Origin: Cladosporium halotolerans
Lineage: Eukaryota
Direction of reading: 5' to 3'
Assembly: GCF_011745625.1 (NCBI RefSeq)
Contig: NW_027191472.1
Span: forward strand, 124,001 to 188,000
DNA length: 64,000 bases
The notes beneath the pieces are model-generated. The model saw only the letters and a list, made by a program, of their open reading frames with translations, was not told where the DNA came from and did no database searches. Shown here in pieces: positions 26,604 through 37,908 of this stretch. A program made the translations under genes and the position numbers. Every line of letters starts with the position of its first letter. Position 1 is the first letter of the stretch.

Positions 26604-27789
26604 ATTGAGAAGAATGACAGCGCGCGTTCTGTGCGATTTGTGTGATTATGGAGGAGTCAGCTCACCGGACGCACTGGATGACAGAACCTTTATACCCTTC
26701 TGCACGGCAGTTCTCCTCGCCTCAAAGCATCGTTCGCCCAATCCATTGTGGGCTCTGCTGGATCTGCATCGTATCAATGTTGCATCCCTATCACTGCAAC
26801 CGAGGACACGCTACTTCCTTCGTTCAGCAACCCAGATGGAAGACGCTCGCCATTGTGGTGGAAGCCACGCTGTCACAGGCATGCTAACTCCTTGGTTCTT
26901 CCACACTAGTAGAGGCATGCATCACGGGCAAAGCTTAAGCCTATGTGAAAGCATTGATCTTGATGGCCATTCGTCAGGTCGCTTCACTGCCACGTTCAGG
27001 CGAACCTCGCGAATAAGAGAGACCCAGTCCACGAGCTGTGATCGACTCGCGTGCATTGGATACGAACATGTTGGTGAACAATGCTTGCCCGAATCCTTCA
27101 GACGGAGAAAGCCGTGTATACCGATGTTCAACCAGGCAAATCGACCTGACTAATAATGCAGATAGAAAGCATTTGAACATACTGGCGGCCGAAGAGAAAC
27201 GTTGCTGACACCTAGCCGCTTGAGCCAATGTGGCTCCTTGATCTCTGTGATAATTGCTCCATAGCACATGCTCAAAAGGTATCATATCGATTTCGAGAAG
27301 ATCAGAGCTTCGCCTCGAGTAGAGTGACTAAGCTACGGCATGTAGATGAGGAGGAAGCAACGCCGCAAGGATGGGTCTTGGCTACGGCAAAGCCTTCCGC
27401 TTAGCGTGGCTTCTAAGCAGTAAGCTTCGCTTGGCTTTAAACACGTGATGCAGCTGGCGTACTGGTCTCGTGCGGCTGAAGTCTGTCTCCACGACTTTGA
27501 TCCACTACTCCCTCAACCTCAACTTGTTGCAACATAAGGCCGAGTCAGCTATTGCAGTCGCTGGGATTTGCCGTGCCAATCGGTGGATGATAATTGCGAG
27601 GATCCGAATGACGATCGTTCCCAACGCCGGTTCTGGCTTACTAAGTGACTAAGCTCATGCCAAAGCTCCCCGAAGCTCCAAGTTTTTAGGACGACAGGTA
27701 TATCTTGCACCCTTGTGGATGAGGCTGCACTGGCCTGTCAGTTCACCTTCTTCACTCTTTTCGAACAACCTTCTCTTCGCACTTTTGCC

Positions 27790-28281
27790 ATGGCTGTTCC
27801 AAGCTATCACCCTATCACGCGGCATGACCGTTTGTATGGCGTTTTAGTCATGGCCGCAGCCGCTGCGCACTGCACTGTCGCCGCCTGGGGAATGGTGAAG
27901 AACGACAGTCCCCACAACGTCGAGATTGGATGGCTCGTCATCGCATTCGCCTTTCTACTGTTCTTCGCCGGCCTGCTCTGGCTTGTCATGAATTATCGAT
28001 ACACTGGCAGACCATGGTCGAGACTAGTCACTCGAGGAAGCAGCTGCAGTGGTGGAGTGTTTGGACTCACGATCATACTGTCTAACGCGGAGACTTTGCT
28101 TCCGATCGCTTTCGGCATGTGGGCATGGACAGCTGCGGTGGCCGTATTGCTGTATACGGATCGCGGGAATGAAAGCACGGCTGTCAGCTACGAGGAGTTG
28201 GACGTTCCTGAGTACGCTATCGGAACGCCTCATGATCCAAGAGTACCCTTGCAAAGCAATCAACAAAGTCCAGGAAAGTGA
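27790..28281 (+). CDS. Small orphan membrane protein, about 4 TM segments, 163 aa
   Basis: GCCATGG start context, four hydrophobic stretches, polar tail, TATA-like TATATC near 27699. Confidence 0.65.
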   Translation: MAVPSYHPITRHDRLYGVLVMAAAAAHCTVAAWGMVKNDSPHNVEIGWLVIAFAFLLFFAGLLWLVMNYRYTGRPWSRLVTRGSSCSGGVFGLTIILSNAETLLPIAFGMWAWTAAVAVLLYTDRGNESTAVSYEELDVPEYAIGTPHDPRVPLQSNQQSPGK

Positions 28282-28601
28282 TCGGTTACTGTGGGGGCAA
28301 CGTTAGCAGTCAGATTAGCAAATACACACTCAAGCCGAGAACGTGATTTTAATCCTTGTCATCATGGACGGAGCCTGTCATTGAATCACACATTCTGGCA
28401 CCTCAACCAATGCAGATAGTGGAAGCATCAAATCTGAGCTAAAGCTACTACGGCCTGTATCCGCTCAAGTATTGCTCTGCCTTTTTCCATTGCCGTTGTC
28501 ACCTTTTGCTGAAACAGAGCCCCGTCTCATCTTGCACAAAAGCTTCGACATGAGGACTGGCAAAATCGAGGAGCCTACCTTATGCCATCAAAAATGAAAA
28601 A

Positions 28602-28720
28602 ACATACAACAGGCGGGATTCCCAGATGGTCACCCACTCTAGTACTAGTCGCCCGGTTCAGTGCTTATGTATGGCAGAGCGGACGGGATGCCCAGTTTTC
28701 ACTGACTTATGGTCGTATGT
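28602..28720 (-). rRNA. Dispersed 5S rRNA gene
   Basis: Minus strand reads ACATACGACCATAAG...GAAAACTGGGCATCCCGTCCGCTCTGCC...TAGTACTAGAGTGGGTGACCATCTGGGAATCCC...GTTGTATGT, about 119 nt with complementary ends. T-run terminator at 28597-28602; TATA element about 25-30 nt upstream. Confidence 0.97.
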
Positions 28721-30146
28721 GTTTGACATGGCATGCTGTCATAATATATAGCTTATTGCCATCACCCGAGGGATTGGCCCGCCTGAGCTGATATCCGGCG
28801 AATTACCCAGGGAACGCATACGCTTCATGAGAGTATTGGAGGTACCCTTAAAATGTTCTCCATACTTCCATGCTAATCAAGATGAGTTTTGGTTTGCACG
28901 CACTGTCACCGTTGTGTAAATGACATTAGTCGCCCAGTGCCCTCTAACGCCAACAGATGTATGTTCATTCAGTACAACGCATCTGTGTAGTTTGGAAGCT
29001 ATGCGACAGCGAACTTGCGCTTCCAGAATCTCAAGCCTCAAGAGGAGTCCCAAGGGCATCGGAAAGGACGTCGTTTGAATCTGCATACCGCTAATGAAAC
29101 TACTGGTGTCGGCACCGGTATCGATTGCGGATCGCATGCGAACAATGTGCTCTACACTAGTAACTGTTTTTTCTGAGCTGCGATCAGATGTAACCCTTCG
29201 ATCTCCGAGCGTCAGAGGAGAAAACGTACATACAGCGGACACGGTGCCCGAAGAGCTTGGTAGCCAGCACCGCAGAAGAGGATCACACTGGCGAGTATCA
29301 TACTGGCGACAGTGCCTCGACCACCAGTGTTCAGTCTAGCTCTACCTCCATGCATGACGGAAGTGGAGTTCGAGAGTCACACGGTGTTGCCACCCTTGAT
29401 CCCACTGAGCTCCCGCCTAGATATGCGGCCCTCATATTTGAGCAGTCTATAGTGAAACGGCCTGATACTACAGCAATGAGCTGATCTTAAATGGCTCGTG
29501 CTATCGGCGTGGCACTTTTGGTTGTTTTACCGGGCTCTCAAATGGCATTGCTTCTTGAGTGGGACGTTTGTCAATTCACCATCCGCTACGGCTTTGCTAT
29601 CGTCGCGGCTGTGAGCACGTTTCTTCCCCAAAAGCACGGCACAGGAACTTCTGCGGATGCCATCATATTTCAATATGGCAGATCACCAAAGGTCGAGTGG
29701 GGGCGCAATACACTGTGTTGTTATGCTACTCCTAACCGATACATCTGAACTCTTTGGATTCTTAGCAATCGAGGGTTCCTGGAACAAAGACACTCGTTCA
29801 CCGAGAGCTGTTCGTGTTCCGTCTAAAGCTGCCCGTTGTAATACAAAGACCAGTCAATGCAATGGCTGCTTGCGACACAACCAGTGCAACAACAAAGGAA
29901 ATTACATGCGCGTGGATACTGATAAAGGCGTTTTATCAACGGCATTGATTGTCGAACAAAGACAGAGGCAGTGTCGAGACCTCAAGGCCCGTACCCCTTT
30001 GGTGCATATATTGTGGCTGGTGGCCTACCTCTGTAGCCTTTCAACCAAGTCACTCAAGCTTCATCACCGGTGTTCAGCGATCACCGGCACAACACAAGCA
30101 ACAAAATTTACCTCAAACACGGTCACGGAGTCCAGAATTGATCAGC

Positions 30147-30383
30147 ATGCCTTCCGCCGGTAAAGCCAACGTCACCAAGGGCCCCAGCGCCAGTACGAGA
30201 AGCGCCCGCAAGCACCAGGACTTCCTGAACAAGCCTCTCACCGGTCGTGCTTTGAACCGCGCTGCGTGGAAGGAGCAGGCCAAGTTTGACAAGAAGGCTG
30301 CGGCTGACGAGTTCAGCAGGCTTGTGAAGAAGAAGGAGCTGGAGTTGAAGAAGAAGAGCAAGCAGTACTTCATCGGCCAGTAG
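30147..30383 (+). CDS. Small basic Lys/Ala-rich protein (78 aa), unknown function
   Basis: ATG 30147; strong G/C third-position bias (AAG, GAG, GCC, AAC) against AT-richer flanks. Confidence 0.6.
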   Translation: MPSAGKANVTKGPSASTRSARKHQDFLNKPLTGRALNRAAWKEQAKFDKKAAADEFSRLVKKKELELKKKSKQYFIGQ

Positions 30384-30930
30384 TTTCTGTGAGAATCTTC
30401 AGAAGAATACAATCGTGTCGAGAATATGTTCATGCTCCTAACTGTCCTAACTGAATCAACAAAATGTTTCCCTTAATGTATCAATTTCCATTCTACTTAT
30501 AATCATATCATAACAGACTTCCGCAAGGAGTGGTAGTACAGCTCAATCATCCGACCACCTACGCTAATTGCAGCGCCTACATTCGACGCAGGCTGAAGGC
30601 GCAGTTTCCGGTATCTCGCTATCTGGAGGACTGGGCCAACAGTGGCCTGTGTAAACAGCTTTGTCGATACTGCCAATCGCATTCAGTACAGCTCACACGA
30701 AGACGGACATCATATCTGGGGACTCTCTGGATTAAATAGGGAAGACATACTAGGCCATCCGGCAAACAATGTTCCATCGGTCTTGCTACCAAGGGTTTTA
30801 TCCACTCAGCACCAATACACTGAAGCAAGCGTTTTCAATCTTGCTGATCCGTTCTGTAGGCGGAACGAGCCTCGGTTACGCAATGGCGCACCGGACGTCT
30901 TTCGTGTGTGAGTTCCATACATGAGGCAAG

Positions 30931-32049
30931 TTATATAGTCATGCCATCAAGAGCAATATCCATTATCTCGTCATTGTCCCCAACCATGACTCCCAACTCT
31001 GTCATAGCCTCTCGAACAGCACACAAAAGCTCCACCGCACTTGCGATTTCTCCTGTCCAACACTTCGTTACCACATCTCCAAGATACTCTGATTCAAGCC
31101 TTGGCCACACTCGCCTAGAGACCAAAGACTCCATCTCCTCCTGCGCCAACCCCTGCCCCTCTCCAGGCCAGTATCCAGTCATGAGCTCGTAAACAACACA
31201 GCCCCAGTAAAACACATCAGTTTGCAAGGAAGGAACACCGCGCCTCCCAAGTGGTTGGAAATCCCTGCCACTCAGGCCGATATTGCCAATGTGCTGAGGC
31301 GAGCTACGCGTGCGACAACTCGAGCGCAGGAATCCCAGAAGTAATAGTGAGGTTCCTGATGCATCGAGCCAGCAGTCCTCGACTCTGAGGTCTCCAAACG
31401 CGATAGAGATCTTGGGAGCCGGCTCTTCGAATGAGTAATTATGGATGAACTTTAAAGCGCTCGCAAGGTGGAGGGCCCATTGGTAGACCAATATCAGGCG
31501 AGATCGCTTGGCTCGGGCACAAGCCGTGCTTTTGTCGACTGTGCCACTCTCGCGCTGGTCATACATCTCGCTCCGGTTGGAATCGAGAAACTTCTGAAGG
31601 TTCGGTCCGCCTGGGTTTGCGAGGACGGGCAGCCATGTCCATTCGTCTGGCCGTAGGAAGCTGCATTTGCATCAGTGACCTGAGGCAATGGATTTTGACA
31701 GACAGATGTGCAAGAAGAGGAGATTGCAACAAGACATATTGTCTTACCGGACCACGTTCGGATGATGCCCGATGTGCTGATAGATCAAGGTCGTTTTCCA
31801 GCACCTGCCCGCATCGCCATCGTCGTCTGTACGCCATTCTGCGTCCTCGCCGACATCGTTGCGATCTTCGTAGGTTTTGGGCACCATGAGCAGCTCGGAG
31901 TCGGCGTTGGCCAGTTCAGCAATTTGGACATTGTCGCCGTCTATGGAGGCGTTCACTTGGAGGAAGGTGCGCTCAGAGTGTGGGTAAGCTTTAGGGGTGT
32001 TGGCTTGGTGTTGAAACGGTGGTTTGACTCCGTAGTTTGTACGTGCCAT
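30931..32049 (-). CDS. Protein-kinase-like protein, probable pseudokinase
   Basis: Intron 31661-31747 (GTAAGA..CTGAT..CAG) joins IYQHIGHHPNVVRFL to WALHLASALKFIH, FGDLRVEDCW, SLQTDVFYWGCVVYELMTGYWP, VVTKCW. Confidence 0.8.
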
Positions 32050-33753
32050 GGTCTGGGGGACTGGTGTCTTGTGACTCGTATGTGCCTGGAAGAGCCCGGA
32101 TAAGAAGGAAGTAAGGGGGAACAGAAGACGGAAAGTGCACGTAATTCACTGCAGCAGTGTCAACAATGTTTGGTATTTTGTGAAGTTGATCAGGGCTATT
32201 GTAGACTGAGGTGATTAGGCGAGACGCTGTCATTGGCAGCTCGGGCAAAACGAAGCTTGGAAGCTCAAGTTTGCAACGTAAGGTGTCATGCAGTTATAAT
32301 GCTTCTACTGTTAGTTGTCGCATACGAGGAACTAAGAGATGGGTCGATGTTCAATGTACCATTGTGCTACCTGTAATACCATGCGCGCAATACTTCCAAT
32401 CGAGTTGGAGGCACCAATATCTTCAAAGTAGCGACGCAGTGTGATCTCGAAACCCGACATATATTCGTGATGGGTATCTTTGTCATAGATTTTTCACTTG
32501 ACAGGGCTCAGAAAGCGTCAATCTTCTCACGGTTTTGTATAACGTAACCTTTTATTTGTCTGAATGCCATGTTTCCTCAGGTAGCAACGCCGATGCAAGG
32601 AAGACGCGGTCCCTGGTGGCTGGGATTATGCTGTTACCAGGACCTTCGATGCAAGCCCGTCCACCTTGTTCCTAGCAGGCTAAATTCTAGGACCTTGTGC
32701 ATTGCTCGTGGCCCCCCAGAGCTCGAGCACCCGGTCTCTCGTATCCCAACACGAAAGCCGCGGCGGCGTGGCAGGACTTAGTTTCGAGCAATTGCGGCCT
32801 ACAAGCGCCACCACGATAGACGTCGCACAACATGAGCTTAGCATCGGCATCTAAGCGCCTCAGACGTGTCCAACGCCGGAGGACGACTCCAGTGTCCCGC
32901 CATTTGGCCTGCCGTTGACCCAAAGAATTGACACCTCGCAACATCCTTCCGGAACCCTCCAAACGCCCGTTTCCGATCGGCCGTACCAACGTCTCCCACC
33001 GAAGCCCTAACACCTCAATTTTCGCCCATCACTCCATAATCACACTACTATCTTTCTCCATCATCCAACCATCCACCCACGACCCGCGGAGCGCCAAAAA
33101 ATGAACCCTGAAACGCCCGGCCCCCACGCAAACGAGGAGCCCTCGGCACCGCTTCCCCGGCGACCGGTCGGCCGAAGGCGCAATCCTTCAGGATCGGCGC
33201 GCGGGACCCTGCGCGGATCGGGCGTTCGCTTGGGTCTTCACGCTTATGCCCTGCGCGCAGGTCCCTCAATTCCGTGCCGTGTTTTGGCGGCGTGGAAGAT
33301 GAGGCGAGGCGGGTGAGGCTTCGGCCGGCGTCCTTCGCGTACCTGAGAGGGTTGATGGGATTGGAAGGATGCCCATGAATGCCGTCTTTGTGGCGTTCGG
33401 GCACGGCAGATGAGTCGTGGGCTTGCAGCTCTTGTCTTCGGGGGGTTTTCTATGTTGGGGATGGGACAGTGAGAGGGGCTGTACAGTATGCGTGCTACCG
33501 CTTTGCGCGTGTCATGGGCTGCAGTTTGTGTGGAGGCTGTGTCTGGACTCTGGAGCGGGCGATTGCGGCCCTTGATTGTACGCCAGGGCTAGAGAGGACG
33601 AGAAGATGGGCCGAGGCACAATAGTTACGATTCTCTATCTACATTACGACCCATGGAGACGATTCCGGCGAAGAACTCTATATACGACGACTCATTAAAC
33701 CCTCCACATCAGGGCACCTATTAATATCCAAAGATCTAATCTACCAATGGCAA

Positions 33754-35068
33754 CTAAAGGTAGACGTAGCAGAACGGGCCGCGGATGGTGGACATCAAGT
33801 CTTTGATAGGACGCGCGGGCCCAGCGGCGTAGTCGAACTCGATCAGGTCGTCAAGAGTGCCGTTCGCGCTAGGCGGGTTGTTCAGGAAAGTCCTGGTTCC
33901 GGCAATGGCGTTTTGGCGGTCCTTCGGGGAAAGCGATTGCCAGATCCACCTGCTGGCGGTTAGCGTTCCGTTGGTGAACATGAGAGAACGTCTAGGGATA
34001 CTCACCAAACGCGGTCAATGTTGCCGTGGTGGAGGTAGAAGGCAGGGTCACCGGGGCTGACGTACACGTCGTTACCGGGGTCGCCGCCGAGGGTGTAGTG
34101 TCCACCACCGTGGACGCCGATCTGGAGGAAGTTTGTTAGCTTTTGAGCAAGCTTTTGGCAAGCTTTCTTGCGGGACTTACGTCGCCAGAGCCAGGGATAC
34201 CCTGCATCTGCATCTGGAAGTCGTAGATGTTCTGCGGCTTAAGGATCAGGGACAGGACAGACGAGGCGTTGGCAAAGCGCTGGTTGACGGCGTCGACAAG
34301 GTCGCGCTTGAGACATCTCGGGTTGTGGTCCAAAGGATTGCCGGTTGGCGGCGTGACGGTGACACCTCCAGGTGCAGACAGAGCCACGGGCCCAAGGTTG
34401 ACGGTCATGTCCTTGAAAGGGCCAGACTCGACACATCCTCCTCCATTACCGGTGGGAAGGTAGAGGGGCGGCAGATCAGGCGATCCACCGAGGGCAATGT
34501 CGCCCGTGTCGTCTGTGTAGACGGAGGCGCCATTGCCGCTCATAGAAGTCTCACTTCCATCGAAGATGGGGCTGGCGGCAAGCCCAGTGTGGGCCGTCTT
34601 CGCCCAGTCCCAGTAAGGTTGGTCGCCTTTGTAGCCACACTCCTCACGGAGAGCTTCCTCGTACAGCCACGTGTAGTACCTGTGCCAAGAGAGGAAGTTG
34701 GCCGTGTAGTGGATGGTCAAGGTCTGGTTGATGTGGGTGGCGACGAAGTCATCGAAGCGGGACTTCGCACCAGGAGCCACGGACGAAGGGGTGAGTGCTG
34801 GCTTCTCCTGTAGACATTGGACGGCTTTGGTGTACGCCTTGCGTTCCTTCTTGGAAAGAGATCCCCACTCGCGACGAACACGAAGGTTCTTGAGCGAGCA
34901 GGAGCCTTCGCCTGGGTTGCGTTTTTGCTCTGACGACAATGCTTCGTGAGCCTGGTCGTATGCTTGTTTGGCAAGGTTTGCAACAGTGGAATCGTCTCCG
35001 GAGGTCGGCGCCGCGGATGCGGTCAGCGAGCCTACCAAGGCGGTTGTGGCGAGGAGGCTGAAACGCAT
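33754..35068 (-). CDS. Secreted short tyrosinase / catechol oxidase (type-3 copper)
   Basis: Signal peptide, propeptide ending EQKR, CuA (ATHINQTLTIHYTANFLSWHR), CuB (GVHGGGHYTLGG...SPGDPAFYLHHGNIDR). Introns 34122-34180 and 33950-34005; ends PFCYVYL with no C-terminal shielding domain. Confidence 0.93.
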
Positions 35069-36029
35069 CTTGCGTGTGATTCAAGCAGATATGCAGCAAG
35101 ACGGAGGGATGCCCAACGGGTTTGTGACAGCTAGCGAGAATCAGAGAAAGGTAGGAGGTGGGATCAGCATCATAAGAAAAGGTTGCCAATGCGGGATATA
35201 GGACTATTGGCGCGGAAGGCCGGCATTGTCGCTTGGGACACGGGACCCATCTGCACGACAGAAGACACTTTATCTCGGTAAGGACAGTCGTCTATCGCGC
35301 AAAGGGCCTGGTGAGTGGATGCGGAGGAATTAGTTCTGAAGCCCTTCATCCAGGATACATTAGCCTGCAGAGAGGCCTGAGATCAGCCCCGCTTCCGGCA
35401 AATGGACCGCGGGCGGCTGGGGTCGCGCCAAAGTCTGGCCCCAGGCTAGGGCCTTGTACAGTTAGCATTCAGCTGATCGGACGACTCCTACCGGTTTCCC
35501 AGCGTCGACACACGCCGCCCGGCGCACCTCGCTTGCAGGAATAGCTTCTGCGCTGCATGGTCCACCAGAGCATCCAAGGTATCAGCCCTATGCCATCGGA
35601 CCAAGGCGCACATACGGTGTGCCCCTCCGCCGTGGCCTTGATCGATGTCCCGCTCGCCCACGGCACGAGTAAGTTCGCTCTACGGGACATTGGTCGTTTG
35701 CATGCTAAGCCTCTCAGGTGACATGTCACACAGCGGTATCATACGCCTTCGGTGCAAGCGAAGGAGTTCCTCTTGGTACGTTTGCCGTAGCTGTTTCGGC
35801 CGTGGGTCTATCGAAAGCTTCTCCTCATGAAGGAGGGCATCAGGACGGCCTTGCGCCCTCCGCACGTGTGCCATATGTACCTGGGAATGTCATGTATCAT
35901 CACGCCTGCAGAAAGGTGCAGGCTTTACTAGCAGGGTCTTAATTCAAGGCCCCCTGTCCTTTGGCTTCTTCCTTGCTTCCATCACACTACTGTCATCACG
36001 AAATCTTTCCCCAAAGGTGCCCCTTCAGC

Positions 36030-37283
36030 ATGGAGGCCATCTCCAACCCGCTTGAAGATGAGAGCGGTACCATCGTGGCAGCTGTCGCGATAGTCACCTC
36101 AATTGCTGCTGCCACAGTTGTTGCACGGCTCTATGTCAGGACGGTGATGATTCGCAGCCTGGGCTGGGATGTGAGTGAACGAAACAAACTCCATCGTCAC
36201 AATGCTTCTCTGACTCAAGCTTTGACAGGACATCGCAATCACAGTCACATTGATGTTCGCGATAGTCGGGTTCGCATTGGTCGTCGTACAAGCCAATAAT
36301 GGAGCCGGCAAGCATCGCGGCGACGTGCCGCCTGATGTCTATCAGTTTGGAATGCATGTCAATTTCGCCTCTCAGCCGATCTACCTTTATGCCGTCTGCC
36401 TCGTCAAGATAGCCGTCGGCGCTGCCTTGATCCGAATCGCGGTGGTAAAATTCTACCGATACCTTATCCTTGGGATCATGGGTTTCATGCTCTTCTACAC
36501 CGTTGGATGCATGTTCGTAAGTATAGCTGTAACGACTCGTACCAAGACTTTAGAGTTCTGACAAACTGATAGACGGTACTTTTCCAATGCTCGAACATTA
36601 AGGTTCTCTGGGACCCGACAGTCGAAGCCACATGCTGGGACGTGAAGACGATCCAGAGCCTTTCGTACACAAACGCCGCCCTTAACATGCTCACCGACCT
36701 GCTGTTTTCCTTGATCATCCCATTGCCCATGCTCTGGAACCTGCACGTCAACCTGCGCACGCGAGTGACTCTGATGTGCATTCTGGGCCTGGGCCTCTTC
36801 GCTTGCGCCGCCGCAGCCGTCAAAATCTCCTACCTGCCCAACTACGGCAAGAAAGGCGACTTCCTCTGGGACTCGCGCAACATCACCATCTGGACCGCAA
36901 CAGAAGTGAACGTGGGCATCACAGCCGCAAGCTTGCCCACCCTGCGACCACTCTTCAAGAGCGTGCTTGGCAGCACATACGGCTTCGGTTCTAGAGGAGC
37001 GAGCCAGGGGAAGAAGGACAGGAAGAGCTGGCAAGCGATTCCGGAGACAAAGAACAAGAGCGCCGGGTTCAACAGCACAGGCGACACGGAGAGTCAGATG
37101 GGATTCGAGCTGGAGAGGCGGGATCTGAAGGCTTTTGTGAACGACAAGTCTACGACTACGACTGCAATCAGCCAGTCGAGGACGCGGGACGAGGACGATG
37201 TTGACGTCGATGAGCTGCCGATTCATCAGGGCAGGAACATTCATGCGAGGACTGTTATGAGTGTACAGTACAGCGACAGGTAA
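36030..37283 (+). CDS. PTH11-like (fungal rhodopsin-domain) 7-TM membrane protein, no CFEM domain
   Basis: ARLYVRTVMIRSLGWDD, GAGKH, VKIAVGAALIRI, TDLLFSLIIPLPMLWNL, WTATEVNVGITAASLPTLRPLF. Introns 36171-36228 and 36517-36572. Confidence 0.92.
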
Positions 37284-37908
37284 ATAGATTGCAGCAGGCT
37301 CAGGCACGAATTCACCTTGTTGATCTGGAATGCATACATCAACAAATGCGCGACCGCTCAAATGGTACCCCGCCCTTTATCATGTTCGAGGATACTTCCT
37401 CCGGCTGGCGTACGAATACAAACGTAAAAAAAGGGGTGATCCCTTGCAGCGAGTGTGATTGCGTCCACAGAGATTCACGACGGAATGGCTTTCAGCTCGG
37501 GCGACGCAGCGATGCATCATATTGGACACGCTAGGGTTTGACGGGCAGCTTTCGAGTATGGCCACAAACTGGCCAGAACTACGCTTGGAGCCCGACCATA
37601 TGTTTACTACCCAGGTATTTGAGCCTGGTGCATGTCCAGGGACAATGCCACCTCCCGGGCTGTCAAAGCCTCGCGCACCGCCACAATTTCATGCATCTTC
37701 AGGCGCCATTGTTAAGCGAGACCAGTGACCCGCATATGTAAAGAGCCTGACTCGAGACCATCAGCCTCGCCTTAAGCGCTGAGCTCTCTTCTTCGAGGAA
37801 TTGGCCGCGTGAAGAAGATGACTTCCCAAGAAGTCAATACGTGACTTCAGAATGGCGGGCTGATGATTGGCCACGGCGCATTCGCGCAGTCTTAAGATTG
37901 TCGAAAGG

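Noticed and set aside
29088..29135. AIDTGADTSSFIS on the minus strand, resembling a retropepsin active site
   Set aside because: Spacing is off, and there is no gag, RT, integrase or LTR context; probably chance.
33754..35068. Tyrosinase plus KR-containing precursor as an ustiloxin-type RiPP cluster
   Set aside because: No UstYa/DUF3328 (HxxHC) gene in the window, and the KR-delimited segments are long and non-repetitive, unlike dikaritin core repeats.
37558..37728. Short ORF upstream of the NLR as a possible amyloid effector
   Set aside because: Only 56 aa, Pro-rich, with no HeLo/HELL-like domain or matching repeat motif.
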